Source of the DNA: Alkalilimnicola ehrlichii MLHE-1
Lineage (GTDB): Bacteria; Pseudomonadota; Gammaproteobacteria; Nitrococcales; Halorhodospiraceae
Length of the DNA stretch: 32,000 nt
Assembly (NCBI RefSeq): GCF_000014785.1
Contig: NC_008340.1
Location: 30,001 to 62,000, forward strand
Reading direction: 5' to 3'
Below, piece after piece: positions 26,926-32,000 of the stretch. Both the position numbers and the translations under genes were made by a program. The notes under the pieces are model-generated. The model saw only the letters and a list, made by a program, of their open reading frames with translations, was not told where the DNA came from and did not search any database. The first letter of the stretch is position 1, and the number at the start of each line of letters is the position of its first letter.

Positions 26926-27741
26926 ATGTCGATGACAGCGCCCATTGCGGGCCCGGAGACCGTGCCAGCGGAGGCACCCGAACCCGCGGGCGGTCGGGGT
27001 ACGCTCGTACCCGAGGAGCCGCACACCGCCTTCCGCCTGCGTGGCCACAGCCCGAATCCGCTGGTGGACGCGGCCAGCCCGCTGCTGGGCCTGGTCATCC
27101 GAGTCCGCGAGCTGGAGGTGCTGGACGATGTGGCCGCGCTCTACCGGCAAGTGGTGGAGGACATCGGTGCCATCGAGCTCGAGCTCACCGAGCAGGGTCT
27201 CGACCGCCCCACGCTGCTGGCCTATCGCTACGTCTTGTGCACCTTCGTCGACGAGGCGGTGATGGGGACCGAGTGGGGCCAGCAGAGCGATTGGTCCCGG
27301 CACTCGTTGCTGGCCCGGTTTCACAACGAGACCTGGGGCGGCGAGAAGGTCTTCGCCATCCTGGCCCGGCTGCAACAGGAGCCCCAGCGCTACGAGCCAC
27401 TGCTCACCTTCATCTACATCTGCTTCAGCCTGGGTTTCCAGGGGCGCTACCGCATCCGCCCCGACCGACGCGAGGAGTACGAGCGGATCGTCCGTTCATT
27501 GGGGGAGCAACTCTCTAGCCTGCAGCCGTCCGGCGACGAGAACCTGACCGAACCCGAGCGCCATATCGCGCCCGCCGGCTGGCGATCCGGCGAGGGGGTG
27601 CCGGCCTGGTTGATCCCGGCCTTGTCCGTCCTGGTCGCAGTCGGCCTGTACCTGGCCATATCCTGGTCCTTGGACCAACAGGCCGCCGAGGTCCACGCCT
27701 TCCTGCACCAGGTCTTCGCGGACATGGGTGACGCATCGTGA
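26926..27741 (+). CDS. tssL: T6SS membrane-complex subunit TssL (DotU/VasF), no peptidoglycan-binding extension
   Basis: NPLVDAASPLLGL...YRYVLCTFVDEAVM...WGGEKVF is DotU-like, with a single C-terminal TM. ATG at 26926 is 7 nt after AAGGAG. Confidence 0.85.
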   Translation: MSMTAPIAGPETVPAEAPEPAGGRGTLVPEEPHTAFRLRGHSPNPLVDAASPLLGLVIRVRELEVLDDVAALYRQVVEDIGAIELELTEQGLDRPTLLAYRYVLCTFVDEAVMGTEWGQQSDWSRHSLLARFHNETWGGEKVFAILARLQQEPQRYEPLLTFIYICFSLGFQGRYRIRPDRREEYERIVRSLGEQLSSLQPSGDENLTEPERHIAPAGWRSGEGVPAWLIPALSVLVAVGLYLAISWSLDQQAAEVHAFLHQVFADMGDAS

Positions 27742-29315
27742 GTGCAGCGGGCCGGAGCGTGACAGACGGGGATCACGGGCAGGCCCTCGGCGCGCTCGCA
27801 GGGCTTGACGCCGCCCTACCGCTGGTGGAGAGCGAGGCCCCCGCGCAGCTCCGCCGGCGCGCGTGCCGATTGCTTGCCCGCGCCCGGGGCCTGCCGCAGG
27901 TAGACTGCCTGGCGCTGGATACCGATGGCCGGAGGCTGTCTGCAGGTGCCGGCAATGCGGCGTATCGGTGCGACGACTTCCGCCATCCCTACGCCCACGT
28001 GATCCGCAGTGGGGCCCCCCTGCAGGCGTGCATCGGCACCCTGCGCGCCCGAATGGATCATCCCGACTTTCAGGCCGGGATGGCCGGCCTGAAAGGGGAC
28101 TGGGAACTCCTCTGCCGCCCCTTGTGCGACCCGGATGCCCCGCGCGGCTGGCTGGGGGTCTGGGCGCTGGTCGGTCCGCGGGAGGTGGTGGCTGCCCTGG
28201 ACGGCGATCCCGGCTTCATGGCCCTGGAAGGGCTCCTCTGCCGGTTGTGGTGCCGGTTGCTGACAGCGGCGAAGGCGCACCGCCAGGGCCAGGATCTGCG
28301 CCACTCCCTGCAACGGTTGGGGCGGGACACGCGAGCGCATGCGCTGTCCGGCGCCTTGAGCCGCGAATTGATTGGCAGCTCTCCGGCCATGTCCCGGTTG
28401 CGCGATCAGGTGATCCGCGCGGCCGGCACACGCCTGGCCGTCCTCCTGCAGGGCGAGACCGGGACCGGCAAGGAGCGTGTCGCCCGCGCGATTCACCGCC
28501 ACTCGGCACAGGGCGATGGGCCCTTCGTGGCGATCAACTGTGCGGCGATCCCGGAGACGCTGCTGGAGTCCGAGCTCTTCGGCCACGTGCGCGGCGCCCA
28601 CTCCAGCGCCACCCGGGATCGCACCGGTCTGCTGGCCGCGGCCGACGGCGGCACCCTGTTCCTGGACGAGATCGGCGATATGCCGCCAGCCTTGCAGGCC
28701 AAGCTGCTCCGGGTGCTGGAGAGTGGGTGGTACCGGCCGCTGGGTGGCGGACGCGAGCGGCGTGCCGACCTCCGGCTGGTGTCCGCCACCCACCAACCCT
28801 TGACGGCCCGCATCCGTGAAGGCCGGTTTCGTGCCGATCTCTATTACCGACTGAACCAGTTTCCGCTTCGTCTGCCCGCGCTGCGGGAACGCCGGGCGGA
28901 CATCCCCGAACTGGCGGATCATTTCGCGGCCGCCTACGCCGCCAGAGAGGGGCGCCCCCGGGCCAGCCTGAGTCCGACGGCGCTGACACACCTGGCGGCC
29001 CGGGACTTTCCCGGGAACCTGCGGGAACTGCGCAACCAGGTGGAGTATGGCTGTGCCATGGCCCCGGCCGGTCAGCCCATCGGGCCGGCGGACCTGCCGC
29101 TGAGCGAGACCCGGGAACGGACGCCGGTGGAGGGCCTGCCGGGCCCGGCGTTCAATCTCCGGGAGGTGGTGCGTGACTACGAGGCCCGCCTCATCCGCGA
29201 AAAACTGCGCCAGTTCAACGGCAACCGGGCCAAGACGGCGGTCAGCCTGGGGCTCCCGAAGAGGACGCTGGCCCACAAGTGCCGGAAGCTGCAACTGGAT
29301 GAGGACCCGGCATGA
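27738..29315 (+). CDS. vasH: Sigma54-dependent enhancer-binding protein, VasH-like, with an atypical L1 loop
   Basis: AAA+ core: Walker A GETGTGKE, Walker B GGTLFLDEIG, ESELFGH, RFRADLYYRLN. C-terminal HTH: AKTAVSLGLPKRTLAHKCRKL. GAHSSA replaces GAFTGA. GTGA overlap with tssL. Confidence 0.8.
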   Translation: MSAAGRSVTDGDHGQALGALAGLDAALPLVESEAPAQLRRRACRLLARARGLPQVDCLALDTDGRRLSAGAGNAAYRCDDFRHPYAHVIRSGAPLQACIGTLRARMDHPDFQAGMAGLKGDWELLCRPLCDPDAPRGWLGVWALVGPREVVAALDGDPGFMALEGLLCRLWCRLLTAAKAHRQGQDLRHSLQRLGRDTRAHALSGALSRELIGSSPAMSRLRDQVIRAAGTRLAVLLQGETGTGKERVARAIHRHSAQGDGPFVAINCAAIPETLLESELFGHVRGAHSSATRDRTGLLAAADGGTLFLDEIGDMPPALQAKLLRVLESGWYRPLGGGRERRADLRLVSATHQPLTARIREGRFRADLYYRLNQFPLRLPALRERRADIPELADHFAAAYAAREGRPRASLSPTALTHLAARDFPGNLRELRNQVEYGCAMAPAGQPIGPADLPLSETRERTPVEGLPGPAFNLREVVRDYEARLIREKLRQFNGNRAKTAVSLGLPKRTLAHKCRKLQLDEDPA

Positions 29316-29959
29316 GCCGCCCCCGTCTCCTGCCCCTGCTTGTGCTCCTGCCGTTGCTGGCGATGCCTGCGGCCCAGGGCGCCGATGGGGAAAGCGGCCC
29401 CCCGGCCCACCGCTGCGCCGCCATCGAGAGCCGGGCCGAGCGACTGGCCTGCTACGACGCCCTCTTCCCCCCTGACGCCGTAGCGGCCGGGGCGAAGGCC
29501 TTGGCCGCGCCCCCGCTGTGGCAGGCCGCGGCACGCCAGGAGCGACGCCGGGCGGCGGACGACCGGGGGCTGGCGGTCGATACGACGGAGGGTGAGGGTG
29601 TATTGCTCACGGCCCCGGCCCTGGGCACCGCCCCGCCACGGCCCACGCTGGTCCTTGCCTGCCACAACGCCATCACCCACTTCGAGCTCCACCTGCCCGA
29701 GGCCGGTGGCCGGGGGCGGGTGGAACTCACCCTGGCCCGGGGTGAGACCCGGCTGCGGCAGACCTGGCAGATGCGGGCAGACGGGCATGTGCTCAGCGGC
29801 GGGCGTGGCCTGCCGGCCATAGCGACCCTGCGTCAGCTGCTGCCCGGCGGCACCCTGACCCTCCGCAGCGACGATGCGCCCGCGCTGGACGGACTGCGTT
29901 TCCAGCTGGGTGACCTTCGGGAAGCCCTGAAACCGCTGAGGAACCAATGCCAATGGTAG
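29312..29959 (+). CDS. vasI: T6SS-associated periplasmic protein, VasI/TagO-like (VC_A0118 family)
   Basis: Signal peptide LLPLLVLLPLLAMPAAQGA followed by CAAIESRAERLACYDALF, the family's N-terminal motif as I recall it. Syntenic position between vasH and tssA. Confidence 0.55.
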   Translation: MSRPRLLPLLVLLPLLAMPAAQGADGESGPPAHRCAAIESRAERLACYDALFPPDAVAAGAKALAAPPLWQAAARQERRRAADDRGLAVDTTEGEGVLLTAPALGTAPPRPTLVLACHNAITHFELHLPEAGGRGRVELTLARGETRLRQTWQMRADGHVLSGGRGLPAIATLRQLLPGGTLTLRSDDAPALDGLRFQLGDLREALKPLRNQCQW

Positions 29960-31389
29960 CGCTGCCCCACCGGATCAACCGAGAGCCGGACCTGGCCCTG
30001 GTGCTGGCGCCCCTGTCAGCGGACCGGGTCGCCGGTCAGCCGGTGGCGGAGGACCCGGATTACGCCTGGCTGGACGAGGAGCTGATAAAGGTCGGCTCCC
30101 TGCAGCACGGCGGGATCGACTGGGCGGGCGCCGAGCGCCGGGCGATCCGGTTGCTGAGCGGGCTTGGCAAGGACCTCCGGGTGCTTGCGCACCTGCTCCA
30201 TTGCCTGCAGCGGGAGGGCGACGCCACGCGTTTCGAACTGGCGCTGCTGCTGTTGCAGCGTTGTCTTGGCACCTGGTGGTCCGAGGCCCACCCGGCGCCC
30301 GGGGACCGGGGGAGTCGTTGGCGTACCCGCCTGTTCAGCACCATCGTCCGGCGGGCGGCCGCCCTGGCGGAGGGACTGGAGGGCGCTGCCGCGCCGACCC
30401 TCCGTCGGTGTCGGCATGCTGTCGATGGGCTGCGATCGGCAACGCAGGATGCCGGCCTGTCTCCGCACCCCCTGGCTGAACTGGACCAGGCGCTGGTCCG
30501 CGTCACTCCGGCGCCTCGCACAGCCCCGCCGGCGGACGACCCGGGACAAGGCGAGCAGGCGCCCCGGCATCAGCCGCCCGCCCCGGAAAAGCCGTCGGCC
30601 GGCGCGCGCATTCCGGAACTGCGGCCGGGCAACGAGCGAGCCAACCGCGAGGCCCTGCAGCGCGTGGCCGATCACCTGAACGACCAGAGCCCGGACCACC
30701 CGCTGGGTTACCGGTTGCGCCGCTATGCGCTCTGGCGGTCCATCGACACGCTGCCCCCGGCCCGGGATGGTCAGCGCACCGAGCTGGCGCCTATGGCCGC
30801 GGACCTCGCGGCCCGCTACCGCGAGGCCGTTCAGGGCCGTGGGGATCACGCCCTTTGGGCCCGCCTGGAACAGAGTCTGGCGGTCAGTCCCTTCTGGCTG
30901 GAGGGCCATCGCCTGAGCGCCGAGATGGCGCGGCAGCTGGGCCATGAGCCCTGCGCCAGGGCCATCCGGGAGGAGACGGCCCATTTCATCGCCTGCCTTC
31001 CCGGTCTGGTGGACCTCCGGTTCAGTGACGGCAGCCCCTTCGCTGACGAGGCCACCCGGTGCTGGCTGGCAGAAGAGGCCGCCGCCGGGATTGCACAGAA
31101 CGGGGCCGGTGAACCCTGGGACCGGGCCCTGGCCGAAGCCCGGGAAAGCCTGGCGGAGGACGGACTGGCCGCGGCATTGGAACGGCTGGATCGCGGCCTC
31201 GCGGCGGCCGGGTCCCCGAGGGCATCCGCCTACTGGCGCCTGGCCAGTGCCGATCTGTTGCACCACGCGGGCCTACAGGCCCTGGCGCACCAGCAGTACC
31301 AGGCCGTGCACAGTGTCGTACGGGGGCTGGCACTGGAGCGGTGGGAACCGCACCTGGTCAAGCGCCTGGAGGCCATCGGTCCCCGGTGA
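29947..31389 (+). CDS. tssA: T6SS protein TssA (ImpA N-terminal domain, VasJ-like)
   Basis: ImpA_N pattern: GQPVAEDPDYAWLDEELIKVGSL...IDW...GKDLRVLAHLL...WW..AHP. Confidence 0.8.
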   Translation: MPMVALPHRINREPDLALVLAPLSADRVAGQPVAEDPDYAWLDEELIKVGSLQHGGIDWAGAERRAIRLLSGLGKDLRVLAHLLHCLQREGDATRFELALLLLQRCLGTWWSEAHPAPGDRGSRWRTRLFSTIVRRAAALAEGLEGAAAPTLRRCRHAVDGLRSATQDAGLSPHPLAELDQALVRVTPAPRTAPPADDPGQGEQAPRHQPPAPEKPSAGARIPELRPGNERANREALQRVADHLNDQSPDHPLGYRLRRYALWRSIDTLPPARDGQRTELAPMAADLAARYREAVQGRGDHALWARLEQSLAVSPFWLEGHRLSAEMARQLGHEPCARAIREETAHFIACLPGLVDLRFSDGSPFADEATRCWLAEEAAAGIAQNGAGEPWDRALAEARESLAEDGLAAALERLDRGLAAAGSPRASAYWRLASADLLHHAGLQALAHQQYQAVHSVVRGLALERWEPHLVKRLEAIGPR

Positions 31390-31434
31390 GCACACCTCGA
31401 AAACCAATGCAGGAAGCAGAACGAATGTCGGACA

Positions 31435-32000
31435 AGGCAAGGAATCGCGTGGCAGGACGCCTGCGCGGCACCATGGGCAGCGTAACGGGAGGGCGGGTCA
31501 GCCGCTATTCGGGGTGGGTGGGCGCGCTCCGTCGCGGGTGGCCCTGGGTCGTGGGGCTGCTGGGGATAGCATTGCTGGCGGTGGTCTGGATCTGGGGGCC
31601 GGCCTGGCAGATCGGTGGCGCCCGGCCCCTGGCCCCCTGGCCGAACCGGCTGCTGGTCATTCTCTGCGCGGTGCTGGTCGTGCTGGTGATTATTGGGCTC
31701 CGCCTCAGGGCCCGCCTGCGCGATGCCGAACCCCCCCGCGACGAGGCTGAGATCCCCGACCCGGTGGCCCAGGCAACCGCCGGGCAGGAGCAGGGCCTGA
31801 ATCATTGCTTGGACCAGTTGCGGCGCCAGCGCGGGCGCCACGCCCTGCAGGCATTGCCCTGGTACCTCGTGCTGGGTCCGGAGGGCAGCGGCAAGACCAG
31901 TCTGGTGCAGCGCTCGGGCCAGCGCTTTTCACTCACCCGGAGCCTCCACCCGCAGGGCGGTGAGGCCTCGGATAGCGGGCTGCGCTGCTGGGCCAGTGAC
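31435..32000 (+). CDS. tssM: T6SS membrane-complex ATPase TssM (VasK/IcmF), N-terminal 188 codons; continues past the window end
   Basis: My own translation from ATG 31435 gives MSDKARNRVAG..., two TM helices (WVVGLLGIALLAVVWIW, LLVILCAVLVVLVIIGL), then PWYLVLGPEGSGKTSLV (Walker A). It is absent from the ORF track because no stop is reached. Confidence 0.85.

Noticed and set aside
1-32000. CRISPR arrays, rRNA/tRNA genes, IS elements, integrases or prophage genes
   Set aside because: I saw no regularly spaced direct repeats, no transposase or integrase-like ORFs and no structured-RNA signatures. By-eye scanning cannot exclude short or degenerate elements.

Overview
High-GC (roughly 65-70% by eye) proteobacterial chromosomal segment in three parts. 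(1) 1-8.4 kb holds ordinary housekeeping genes: accC 3' end, YfaZ-like outer membrane protein, TauE/SafE permease, NDUFA9-like SDR, cca, one unassigned 479-aa protein, tas-like aldo-keto reductase, trmB, thiG, thiS. (2) 8.4-10.3 kb is a lower-GC, decayed junction with a DUF2442 gene fragment, a small duplicated membrane protein, a multiply disrupted patatin-like phospholipase gene and a short chimeric ORF. (3) 10.3-32 kb is a type VI secretion (T6SS) locus in two divergent arms. The minus arm (18.7 to 10.3 kb) reads vgrG, DUF4123 adaptor, a 1099-aa VasX/BTH_I2691-like membrane-active effector, then two divergent paralogous polytopic membrane proteins (candidate immunity genes) separated by a 171-aa ORF, and ends in a 95-bp near-identical copy of an internal piece of the effector gene. 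The plus arm (19.1 kb to the window end) reads tssB-tssC-tssE-tssF-tssG-fha-tssJ-tssK-tssL-vasH-vasI-tssA-tssM(5' part). Together the arms resemble the Vibrio cholerae large cluster plus auxiliary cluster 2 placed back to back. Main oddities: vgrG has lost about 300 codons of its gp27-like domain and is frameshifted. There is no clpV at the syntenic tssL/vasH junction, and no hcp or PAAR gene in the window. The sigma54 activator carries GAHSSA in place of the GAFTGA loop. The region downstream of the effector looks like a displaced effector/immunity array with recombination scars. No rRNA, tRNA, CRISPR array, transposase or integrase was recognised. All homology statements come from by-eye motif recognition, not database searches.
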